Origin: Mobula birostris
Taxonomy: Eukaryota
Length of the DNA stretch: 64,000 nt
Direction of reading: 5' to 3'
NCBI RefSeq assembly: GCF_030028105.1
Contig: NC_092395.1
Span: forward strand, 43,180,459 to 43,244,458
Part shown: in pieces, positions 46,518 through 57,345 of the stretch
Layout: every line of letters begins with the position of its first letter
Position numbering within the stretch: the stretch's first letter is position 1
Program-made: the position numbers and the translations under genes
Notes under the pieces: generated by a model
What the model saw: the letters and a program-made list of their open reading frames with translations, nothing else
Database searches by the model: none
Told to the model about the DNA's origin: nothing

Positions 46518-48960
46518 ATGGACAAGATTTTTTCAGTTGTGGTGTTGTCCTGCCATTGAACTTCTGTAAAGCATGTTCTTGTAAGATGTCAGAATTAGAA
46601 TCAGGTTTATTATCACCGGCATGTGTTGTGAAATTTGTTAATTTAGCAGCAGCAGTTCAATGCAACAGATAATATAGAAGAAAAATAAATAAAATAATAA
46701 TAATATCAATAATCATAAACAAATTAGTAAATCAATTACAGTATACATATATTGAATAGATTTAAAATCACGCAAAACAGAAATAATATACATTAAAAAA
46801 GTGAGGTAGAGTTCACATGTTCAAATCCATTTCAGAATCGGATGGCAGAGGGGAAGAAGCTGTTCCTGAATTGCTGACTGTGTGCATTCAGGCTTCTGTG
46901 CCTCCCACCTGATAGTATCAGTGAGAAAAGGGCACGTCCTGGATATTGGAGGTAGGTTAGAAGCTGTAAAAGAACCTCTCTACGATAAACAGTACTTTGC
47001 AATATCTGAGTTATCTACAAAGTTCATTCTGTTGAGTGATAAACAATTCCAAAAGGAGTCTGTGTATTTGATGGCCACTGTGGATCAGTATGTGCTTTTG
47101 GAAATCATGGATGGGGTCAAAGGTTGCTGAAGGATGATTGCATCATGGATGTCGAGATGACAACAGCTTTGACCAATATGATCGATTGGCTTTCAATGAC
47201 ACTACCCAATGAAATAGATAGTTGAATTATTGGTTTACTGAAAGTTTTGGCTGTTGTGAAAAAGTTCAGCATTTTAATTGGAGTTACGCTTTCAATAACA
47301 GAACAGGTGTTCTCAATGCTGTTTTTTTTCCCAGTTGTAAGAGCAGGAGTGGGTTGCTGTGCTGAAATGCATGCCATTGTTTCCAGCATTCATCAAAGCA
47401 TTTCACGTGGTTGTTCCTCACATTCCCAGATTGATAATGTCACTCTCCAAAGAAGAGTCCTAATTTGCTATAAGCTGTCAGCTGTAATTATCTGAACTTG
47501 TACATTGCATGATCTTCTGGTTTTCAGGCTCCCCTGATCTTTATGAATCTGTCAAAGAAGTAATAAAGGATTTTCCAATTCCAAGTGAGGAAAAGCAAAA
47601 GCAGCTACTTAATCAGAATGTCTGAATGTCACAAAAATGCAGTGGAACCTTTGCACCAAGACTTGCTACAAGATCAGATACTGGAAAGACAGGACTGGCA
47701 AATCTTGGCAATATCTGCTTCATGAACAGTGTCATTCAGATCCTTTTCATGGTTTCTGACTGCAGGCATGCTGTTATGCTACTGAAGGAGAGTGATTCAG
47801 TCATTAATGATGAAACTTCAATGGTTATTTGCTTTCCTAGAACATAGGCAGTGACCTGCCATCTCTCCCAGCAGCTTGTTGAAAGCTTCATCTCCTCCAT
47901 GGTTTAATTCAAGAGGTGCAACAGGACTGTACAGAGTATTTCAGTTATCTATTGGAAAGCTACATGAAGAAGTAAAGGTATTCTCATGGACAAAGACATT
48001 CAGCCAGTGAACCTTGTAGAGAAGATCAAGATCAAGAGGAAACATTAATAGAAAGAATGTTTGGTGGGAAGATGGTGACTAGAATGCTTTATCAGATCTA
48101 CCACCACATTTCATAAGTTTCTAAAAATGTGTGATCATTCAAGTGACCTGAGTATTTCAATGAAGATCACTGGTACAGATAACTCAGCATCACAAGCTGA
48201 GCAAAAATACATGACTGTTAAGTCTTCAAGTGAACAGCCACAAACAAAATCTCAAATGCATTCAGTGCAAGGGGTACCATTTGCAATAATCAGTTCCCAT
48301 GGAAAAGCAATGGAGGAGACTGCAGTACCTAGACTTAGTTCCTTGCCACAGTATTCCTTACAGTAGTTTTCTGGGGCAAAATGTATGACTCAGCAAAATG
48401 TAGATCAGTGTTGAGCTCATTAACTACTTTCGTTCACAAGAAATGTTGTTGGATGATAATAAATTTCATCATCGCTTAAGGACAGTGTAGAAATATGTGG
48501 CAAAAGTGGTGAAATTGACAAGTTCTGCATGAAATCAGAATACAGCACTGTTGCATTTGTCAATGTAATGGAAAAAGTTGGGGAGTGATACCTGAGTAGT
48601 TTTGGAATGAGGATTGTTCCACATTGCCAACAAAAAATTGGCATAACTGGGCCCATGTAAGTAGTTATGCTTTTGAGTTTCTTGAGTGTTGTTGAAGATG
48701 TTCTCATCCAGACAACTAGACAGCATTCCACTGCACTACTGACTTGAGGCTTGAAGCTGGTGGACAGGATTCAGTGAGTTAGGAGGTGAGTTACTCCATA
48801 CGGGATTCCAACCTCTGATCTGCTTTTGTAGCCATGTTGTGTATATGGCTGCTTCAGTATCCGGTGAATTGTAACACTCATGCAAGAAAATTACCATTTG
48901 GGACCAGTCAATTGTAAGATATCAAAATGTAGGAGATGACGTATCCTGAACACATAAAGT
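46518..48960 (+). pseudogene. USP35: Processed (intronless) USP35 pseudogene with stops, frameshifts, an internal deletion and later insertions
   Basis: MDKIFSVVV..SVK start; LTNMIDWL...LAVVKKFSILI; LVHCMIF.F.G.PDLYE; SDTGKTGLANLGNICFMNSVIQILFM (Cys box); LQWLFAFLEH.Q*PAISP; QQDCTEY; MFGGKMVTR; NYF.S.E; degenerate His box near 48835-48890. All match recalled USP35 better than USP38, and no introns intervene. Confidence 0.88.
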
Positions 48961-49528
48961 TCATAGAGTGACACTACACAGTAACAGCTTCTTTGGCCAA
49001 ACTGGTGCATACCCACCAAGATCTCCACCCAAGTCTTCATTGGGTCCCATTTGCCATTGTTTAGCCCAGAATATTCGAAACATTTCCATTCCATGTACCT
49101 GCCCAACTGTCCATTAAAAGTTGTTATTGTACATGTCTCAGCCCCTTCCTCTGGCAGCTCACTTCACACCAATGCCATGCTTTGTGTGTAAAAAAAAAAT
49201 TGCCTGACACCAGACCTCAAGCTCTTCCACCTCAATCCCTTCTCATCCATGTTGCTGACAGCCAGGTGCAGACCATCGGATTTCACTACCTGCACAGTTT
49301 CTGATGTTCTAATCAGCTGTGAAATCTGTCTTTTAGCAGTTTGCTGGAGAATGCGGTGGAATAAATCTGCTGTCATTCCTTTCTCCCCTGATACCCAATC
49401 GTTATCCCATAAGTCATCAGCCTACTAGTCTGGACTGCAGACGCTTTTGGCAAAACAGTGCAGAGTAATCCAGAGCTCAGCAGTTCCAAGGCTGTCCAAG
49501 ATCCCCCTTGTTCCTATGTACTTCCTAC

Positions 49529-50150
49529 AGGATAGTTTCAAAATAGATTTAGCATCTCAAAAATAGCGCATGATTCATTGGGTATTATCAGCAGCAAAAC
49601 TTTACATGTCCACCACAATTCATGACCTTGTTACTCAGTATATCCTAACTCCAGCATTACAATCAAACCAAGCTGCTGACCTTGATTCAATGTTAAAAAC
49701 AGAAGTGTACATGAGCAGAACTTGTCAAGTCTAAAAATTATCTGAGACCTGAAGTTACCACACTGTGAGCATTAAGCAGATGATCAGCATTAAGTTAACT
49801 GGCAGCCCTGAGCCATTGGATCTGAACAAAGGGCTTAAGCCCCTTAAGGGCAACAAAGGGAAATTTAATGGGGGATATGCAAACAACTGATTTGCTGAAA
49901 CGATGATATTTTTCCCAGTTTCACTGTGAACACATAAAACATATCACTTAAGGGTACAAAAAAAGAATACTGCAAGAACACAGCAGGTCAAACAGCACCT
50001 TTGGAGGCAGAAAGTCTATGTTGATGTTTTGTACTGAGAACAGATATCATGACAGAGAGTGAACAGGAAATATTATCAATATCTAGCAATATGAAGAAAG
50101 GTGGGACAGAGGCTAGGAGGTGAAAAATAGAGATAGATAGGGGTTCAGCT
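49529..50150. repeat. Repeat X, copy 2
   Basis: Aligns to 32931-33560. Confidence 0.9.
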
Positions 50151-50672
50151 ATTGGTGTATCTTGAAAGTTGTTGCATTACAAAAAGCTTTTGGTCAAGAT
50201 TTCAATACGTCTATCGATTCCTGGTGACCACATGTTGTTCCGGGTCAGACTCTTCATTTTGACTGTACCGAAGTGTCTTTCTTGCAGGTTTTCTAACACT
50301 CTGGTGTGCAGTTTAGAGGGGACCACAACATGAGATCCACACATCAGTGTTCTTTGACATACAGCCAGTTGGTCTCATGTGACTAAAAATTCTGCAAACA
50401 ATGGGATCGCAATAACGTGGCCATCTTTGCCTGGTGATGTCAATGACTTTTCACAATGTTGGGTCATTCCTAGTTTCTCCATGCAATTTAGAATTTGTTA
50501 CTGGCAGCTGGTCCATCAATTCTGTGTGGACTCTTCTGCTGGGTCACAGAATGAAGACTTCTCTACTTCAGAAGTCAACAGTAGAAGATGTGTCAAGCTT
50601 TCAGCAGTGCTGTGTTGTTTGGTAGCCATGAACGCTATGTCGTAAGAGTGGGCTCTTAGGAAAAGTGTTGAA

Positions 50673-50710
50673 GAGTCCTGATGAAGGGTCTCGACCTGAA
50701 ACGTCAACTG
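50673..50710 (+). ncRNA. Minimal hammerhead ribozyme motif in a ~100-bp Penelope tail (50670-50772)
   Basis: GAGTC-CTGATGA-AGGGTCTCGACCT-GAAAC-GTC-AACTG. Confidence 0.6.
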
Positions 50711-50850
50711 TACCTTTTCCTATAGATGCTGCCTGGCCTGCTGTGTTCCACCAGCATTTTCTGAGTGTTGCTGTTCTAGGCATGACAGCTCACCTTTGTC
50801 AGGCTCTGTGTTGTTGATTCAGAAGAACCTAAGAAATAGGAGCAGGAGTA

Positions 50851-51935
50851 TTGGATTGGTTAGCCAATAGAAGGCAGAGAGTTTGTATAAATGGGTATTT
50901 CTCCAGTTGGCAGTCAGTGGTGAGTGGGGTGCCGCAGGGGTCGGTGTTGGGCCTGCAGCTGTTTACCATTTACGTTGATGATTTGGAAGAGATGACTGAG
51001 TGTAGCGTAGCAAAATTTGCTGATGACACTAAATTGAGTGGAAAAGCAAATTATACAGAGGATGTGGAGAGTTTTCAGAGGGATACACATATGTTAAATG
51101 AGTTGGCCAAGGTCTGGCAGATGGAATACAAAGTTGCTAAATGCAATATCATCCATTTTGGAAGGAATAATAGAAGAGCAGATTATTATTTAAATGGTGA
51201 AAGATTGTAGCAGGCTGTTGTGCAGAGGGACTTGGGAGTGCTTGTGCATGAAACACAAAAAGTTGGCTTGCAGGTACAACAAGTTATTAAGAAGGCAAAT
51301 CGAATGTTGGCCTTCATTGCTGGAGGGATTGAATTCAAGATCAGGGACATCATGCTGCAACTTATACAGGGTTCTGGTGAGGCCACATCTGGGGTACCAT
51401 GTACAGTTCTGGTCTCCATACTTGAGGAAGGATATACTGGCTTTGGAGGCAGTGCAGAATAGGTTCACTAGGTTGATTCTAGTGATGAGGGGGTTAACCT
51501 ATGAGGAGAGATTGAGTCACCTGGGACGATACTCTCTGGAATTCAGAAGAATGAGAGGGGATCTTATAGGAATATACAAAATTTTGGAAGGGATAGATAA
51601 GGTAGAAGTAGGAAAGTTGGTCGGTGAGACTAGAGCTAGGGGACATTGCCTCAAGACTCAGGGAAGAAGATTTAGTATGGAGATGAGGAGAAACTGTTTT
51701 TGCCAGAGAGTGGTGAATCCATGGATTTCTCTGCCTAGGGAAGCAGTTGAGGCATCTTCACTAAAATATTTAAGATACAGTTAGATAGATTTTTACATAA
51801 TAAGGGAATTAAGGGTTATGGGGAAAAGGCAGGTAGATGGAGCTAAGTTTACGGAGAGATTAGTCATGATCTTATTGAATGGCAGGGCAGGCTCGATGGG
51901 CTGGATGGCCTGTTCCATAGTTCTTATGCTCTTAT
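50851..51935 (+). mobile_element. CR1 LINE present only in the second duplicate
   Basis: ORFs 50851-51210 and 51194-51784 (VPQGSVLG, FADDTK), with a tcttatg tail. Confidence 0.92.
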
Positions 51936-52354
51936 GTTCAGGCCATTTGGCCCATCAAGACTGCTCCACCATTCAATCAAAATCAAGGCTGACCTGACCA
52001 TGGACTTATCTCCACTTATATCCCATTTACTCCAAACACTTAATTCCTCTACTATGCAAAAAGCTATCTAACCTTATCTTACTGAGGTAGTCTACACTGC
52101 TTCATTGGGCAGAGAATTTCACAGATTCACCACTCTTTGGGAAAAGCAGATCTTCCTAATCTCTGTCATAAATTTACTCCCCCCAAATCCTGAGCCTAAG
52201 TCCCCTAGCTCTACTCTCACCTACCAGTGGAAACAACTTTCTTGCCACTATCTTATATAGCCCTTTCAAAATTTTATATTCTCCTATGAGATCATTTTTC
52301 AACTTTCTGAGTTCCAGTGAGTGCAGTCCCAGGTGACTCGATCTCTCCTCATAG

Positions 52355-53170
52355 TGTTACGTACCCTGTAACTGGGTTGCCAAACCAGCAGAAATGGACC
52401 ACTCAGTTGGAGTCTGGATTACTGGAACTAAGAAAGTTTTATTAAAGAAATAAGCAACACTGTACTCTAATAGTAAGGATATAAATGCAATAGGTTAGCA
52501 ATGAATAAACACACATGTACACAGAACTGGGATAATAGGATCAATCAAGCTCTATCACAGTCTAGGGGTAAAATGATCAATCACAAGTGACAGAGTTCAG
52601 TTTAGTTCAGTTCACAGTAATTGCCGTCGTGCCGTTGGGGAGAGAGAGAGAGTATGAGTATGCAAATCGAATTCCACACAGACCTTCGATATTCCTCGCA
52701 GTTAGCTTTCGGGCGAGCCCTTTGTAATGTCTTCTGAGGTCACCGACTGTGACCCCTCCGTTCCAGATACGATCGTACTTCTGCGGTGAACTCGGCACCC
52801 AGGCAAGGGCGGACACACACACCAGGGTCCCGCCTGACCGTATCTTTCCACCCTGTGCGTCTATGACTGGTCCCGCGAGCAGACCTCCAAGACGCCCACC
52901 AACTTGTGGGGGCACACCGCTTCCAGGGTCTCGTTACCTCCTGGTGTCGTGTGTGGGTTGCCTTAGCGAGCCTGTCCGTTTTTATCCCCCTGCAGGGGCA
53001 TCGCCTGTCCATCAGACTTCAAACAGTTCAAAGCAAACAGTCTCTGACAATACTCGGAACTGTGTCTCCATTCGGTAATCTCTCTCGTCTCTCTCTTATT
53101 GGCATTTTGAATGTTCCCCCATTGTCCTCTTATCGGCATCAATCTTCTGATAATTTAGTCTGTTGTCACA
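52355..53170. mobile_element. Solo LTR, 816 bp, with perfect 4-bp TSD (ATAG)
   Basis: TGTTAC...GTCACA flanked by ATAG at 52351-52354 and 53171-53174. The empty site is visible in the paralog near 37165. Confidence 0.92.
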
Positions 53171-53882
53171 ATAGTTAATCCCCTCATCTATGGAATCAAC
53201 CTCGTGAACCGACTATGCATTGCATCCAATCCCAGTGCATCCTTCCTCAAGTAAGAAGGCCAGAACTCCACGCAGTACTCCACATGCAGCCTCACCAGTA
53301 CCCTGTACCGTTGCAGCATAACCTCCCTGCTCTTAATTTCAATCCCTCTAACAATGATGACCATCTTTCCATTTGCCTTCTTGATAGAATATAATGCCTA
53401 TTGTAGGTTGAGATCTCTTTCTGACAGTAGCCTCTTTTGTGTACTCTGTCCATGCACGCTACTTACAAGACTGTCCTTTAATACATCAGAAAGTCCATGT
53501 CTAAAGTCACAGTACTGAGAAAGTCTGTGCAGTTGTGCAATGCATTCAGAAATTCTTTCAACCTTTGACAGGTTGCTTTTGTGAAATTCAAATCTCCCAG
53601 CTGTTACCAGCGGATTTGGGCACATGTGATTTTGCAAAATGCAGCAAATTTGTTGAATGTCTTTTCAAGAGTTACTAAGTTGAGTAAGAGACTGTACGTT
53701 GTAGCACCCATTAAGTTAAGAAATGTGGAGACTTTCTTTACTTCGTCCACTTTGTTAGCATTACTATACAGTCCAATGCTGTCACTATACGATTTCCTGT
53801 CCTTATGAACACTATGACATTAGTCAACTTTCCGCATTCAGACCATCGTCATGTTATTTTTACGTTAGCTTCGCTGGTTGTG

Positions 53883-56299
53883 CGTCAGGTTTTCCATTCT
53901 TGGAACCGGGTGGAAGGACAGAGTCAAATTGGATCTTGAGAAAAACAGGGACCAACGAGCTTGACGAGAATTGAGACACTGAGCTGTACGGATATATTTC
54001 AGATTTTGGTGATCAGTCCAGACTAAGAATGGCACCTTTGCTCTCTCCTGCCAATGTCTCCATTCCTCCAGAGCTAGCGTCACAGCCAGCAGCTCTGGGT
54101 TTCCGACATCGTAATTCCGCACTGTGGGAGTGAGGCGGTGAGAGAAGACGGCACAGGGATGTACCTTCTCATCCCTTGGCCGAGCGCTGAGATACAACAG
54201 CTCTTACGGCGATGTCAGACGCATCCACCTCCACAATGTACTGCCGGTCGGTGTCGGGTTGAATCAGGATTGGGACAGAGACGAAACGTTCCTTCAGGTC
54301 AGAGAATGCTTTTTCAGTAGTAGGGAACCAGGAGAATCCGACAGCCGTTGAGGTAAGAGCAGTGAGTGGTGCAGCCAGTGTACTGTAATTTCTAATGAAG
54401 TGGCGATAGAAGTTATCAAAGCCCAAGAAACATTGCCTCTCCTGACGGGTTGAAGGTTGGGACCACTCGACCACCGCCTTGACCTTCTGTTGGTCCATCT
54501 GAATGGAACTGCCTGAAATTACATACCCCAGGAAGGAGACAGTATTGCGATGAAACTCACATTTTTCAGATTTCACAAAGAGCTGGTTCTTCAGAAGGCG
54601 CTGGAGAACTCCATGGACGTAACCTTTGTGTTCAGCAAGGGACTTATAAAAAATCGAAATGTCGTCGAGATACACAAAAACAAATTGTTTCAGCCTGTCC
54701 CTGAGAACGCCATTTACCAGGGCTTGGAAGTCGGCGGGGGCATTCATGAGACCGAATAGCATGACTAGATACTCGGAATGGCCTGAGGCGGTGTTGAAGG
54801 CCATCTTCCACTCGTCCCCTTCGCGGATATGGACCATATGGTTGGCGTTACAGAGATCAAACTTGGTGAAAACTGAGACTCCTTGCAGTAGTTCAAAATG
54901 CCGAAGTCAAGAGCGGAAGGGGGCAATAGTTTTTAACAGTGACTTCATTCAGTCTCCGGTAATCAATGCATGGATGTAAGGAGCCGGAAATGTAGATGGG
55001 GGAAAATGGCAGGGCAATGTAGACTGACGAGGAGCTTGTAACTCACCCTGTGTCCCCAGGGACCCTCTGGAACCCCTCCTTCTGTGGTGTTGCTGAACGC
55101 AAACATCAATACGGATGGCCAAATTCACCAGGACTTCAAAGGTGGCAGGAAGGTCCTGGGTGACCAGCTCATCTTTGACGTCATCGGAGAACCCATTCGG
55201 AAAGGTGTCATAATGTGCCTCCGGGTTCCAGCCGCTGGAATTGGCTAGGGTCCGGAACTCTCTGGCGTAATCTGACACAGATCTGCGCTCCTGGAGCATG
55301 AGCAGGATTTCACGGGGCATCCTCTCTCTCATGTTTGGAGTGATCAAATACTTTTCTCATCTCCTCAGAAAATAACTGAAAACTGATGCAGAAAGATGAC
55401 CGTGCCTCCCAGACGGCTGTTCCCCATTCTCTCGCCCAACCAGACAGATGAGTGATGATGGAGGCCACCTTGGCTCGATCAGTCGGAAAGGTTGTTGGTT
55501 GTAATTCAAAACTGAGGGTGCACTGGGAAAGAAAGGAGCGGCAGGACCGGGTTCTCCTGAGTCCTTTTCTGGAGGAGGCAGACGGGGCTCTTGGGCGGGA
55601 GGAGTAAGCGAGAACGCGGAGGGCAGGGCGGAAGATGCAGTCGCAGAAAGTTGATGGAGTGACTGAGTCTGGGCCACAAGATCGGCTACATTGGCAGAAA
55701 GCGACTCCACTGACCTGAACATCGAGTCCAGCTGGTTCTGTTCTCTCCCCGGCATCACCCCCTGTTGTACCGGGACAGCTCTCAGACGACCGGGGTCCGT
55801 TGGATCCGTCCTTAGCCAGATTGTATAGTCAGGGCGCTGAAGCAGAGGTCCAATCGCAGACCAAGTACTGTGCGCACTGTGTTACTTACTGAGTAGCAAA
55901 TCCAGAGGGGCAACAAAGACTGCGTCAAGGTTCAGGCAGAGATCAAAAATTCCAGAGGAATTCAAAAACCAGAATCGTGAAACAGGCAGAGTCGATATTC
56001 GGATGGACAGAGTTCAGATACGAATACTGGGAAGGCTCAGGAAAACTCACTCGCACAATCTGGCAACAAACAGATGAAAATACAGAACTAAAATACACTG
56101 AGCAATAAACAGAGAGGCAGGTGGCAGATGGAGCACAATGAGACAGAATTGGCTGCGAAAAAAAGAGGTAATAATGAGAAACAGGCGATAGGCGGCGCAC
56201 TCGGTAATACAGGGGCCGGAGTAGAGCAGGAGCGGGTCAGGAACACATGGGGAATGAAAACAAACAAGAGCACATGGCAATACAAAACTATAACTGACA
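53883..56299 (-). mobile_element. Sushi/Tf1-type Gypsy 5' part (5' LTR 55822-56299, gag, RT, RH), 3'-truncated
   Basis: [12 protein letters not shown]...YLDD (54169-54837), RH EVDASD, gag remnants at 54949-55790. The PBS is complementary to an LTR-internal sequence. Confidence 0.9.
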
Positions 56300-56744
56300 G
56301 CAAGGGGGAAAACACACAAAAAGACAAAGTTCAGCTGGAGGTAATGGCTGGAAGAAACACAGTTGGAGAAATTAACTTGTGTATTAAACTTGCAGAGAGA
56401 TCAATAAATCAAAGCGTATGCATAATTTATCAGTCAATAGTAAGTTGTAAAGGGAGTCATTGCGCTGAATGAAATAGACTCATTACATTAGAGATGCAAT
56501 CTGTAAGGACTCTGTATGTCCGCCAAGTGGCGTTCAAGGTTTGAGCTACATTTATTATCAAAACATGTATGCAGAATAGAACGCAAAGATTTGTCTTCGC
56601 CAGGCAGCCGTGAAACGAAGAAGACATTGGGACCGTTTGAAGAAAAACATCAATGCCCCTCCCCGCCATTTACAAAAAATGAACAAATCATACTAACGGC
56701 AACAAGAGAACATCAACGCCCCCCCACCCCCCGCACAAAATCAA

Positions 56745-57345
56745 ATCTTGCGAACGGCTTACTTCTCGGGAATGGATAAGGCCAGGGAAAGACACATACC
56801 AGATAGTAAGTTAAGGATGCAACTAGTCCCCATGTGGGGAATCCTAGTTGCTCTCTTCTTGTTAAACACCTGCAACAAGTCCGAATACTCTGAAGGCACT
56901 CCAGACGGCTCTGCTGAGTTCACATCCAGTATTGAGGTGTCAGAGAGCAACTCGACTGACTACTTGACATGGTTCACAGCAGGTCGCTCGTGAACTCGGA
57001 CAGGCATCTTAGAAACTCGGGCAGGCGTTCCAGAATCTTGGGAAGGCGTCTGGGTACCTCCAGGAACGGACTTACCCCAGCTTAAGCTCGACCAACACTG
57101 AATTGTGCCAGAAAACCAGTAACACCAACAATTATGAAGGTGTAACCACAGATAACCAAGGATTAGGGGAATGTCTGGAGAATAAATAAGATGGGAATTA
57201 CTCGTCTTTTCGTGAATTCCAATAGTAAACTTGAGAGCGATGGAAGATAAAAAGATGTGTCCAGTTCCCAATGAGCAACCATCCATGGCCGTAGTAAAGA
57301 TCGGCTGGTCGAGCGTATTTCAGGAACTTGGATTTTCTCTGCCAG
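56745..57345 (-). mobile_element. Sushi-type Gypsy protease fragment (inverted homolog of 45690-46320)
   Basis: ORF 56960-57286 contains SPDIPLILGYLWLHLHN...TQTPSQDSGTP. Confidence 0.75.

Larger units (their letters stand above)
50150..53882 (-). mobile_element. Second, deleted copy of the Mag-like Gypsy plus CR1 composite
   Basis: Integrase/RH at 50150-50665, protease at 50773-50820, the same CR1 junction and gag at 53400-53880, all colinear with 34950-39070. A partial LTR lies at about 56340-56490. Confidence 0.85.

Noticed and set aside
46475-46540. YEKHWLKKGLKRYGQDFF looked like a SANT/Myb helix (RERE/MTA-like)
   Set aside because: It is an alternative frame over the USP35 5' UTR and start codon (ATG GAC AAG ATT at 46518).
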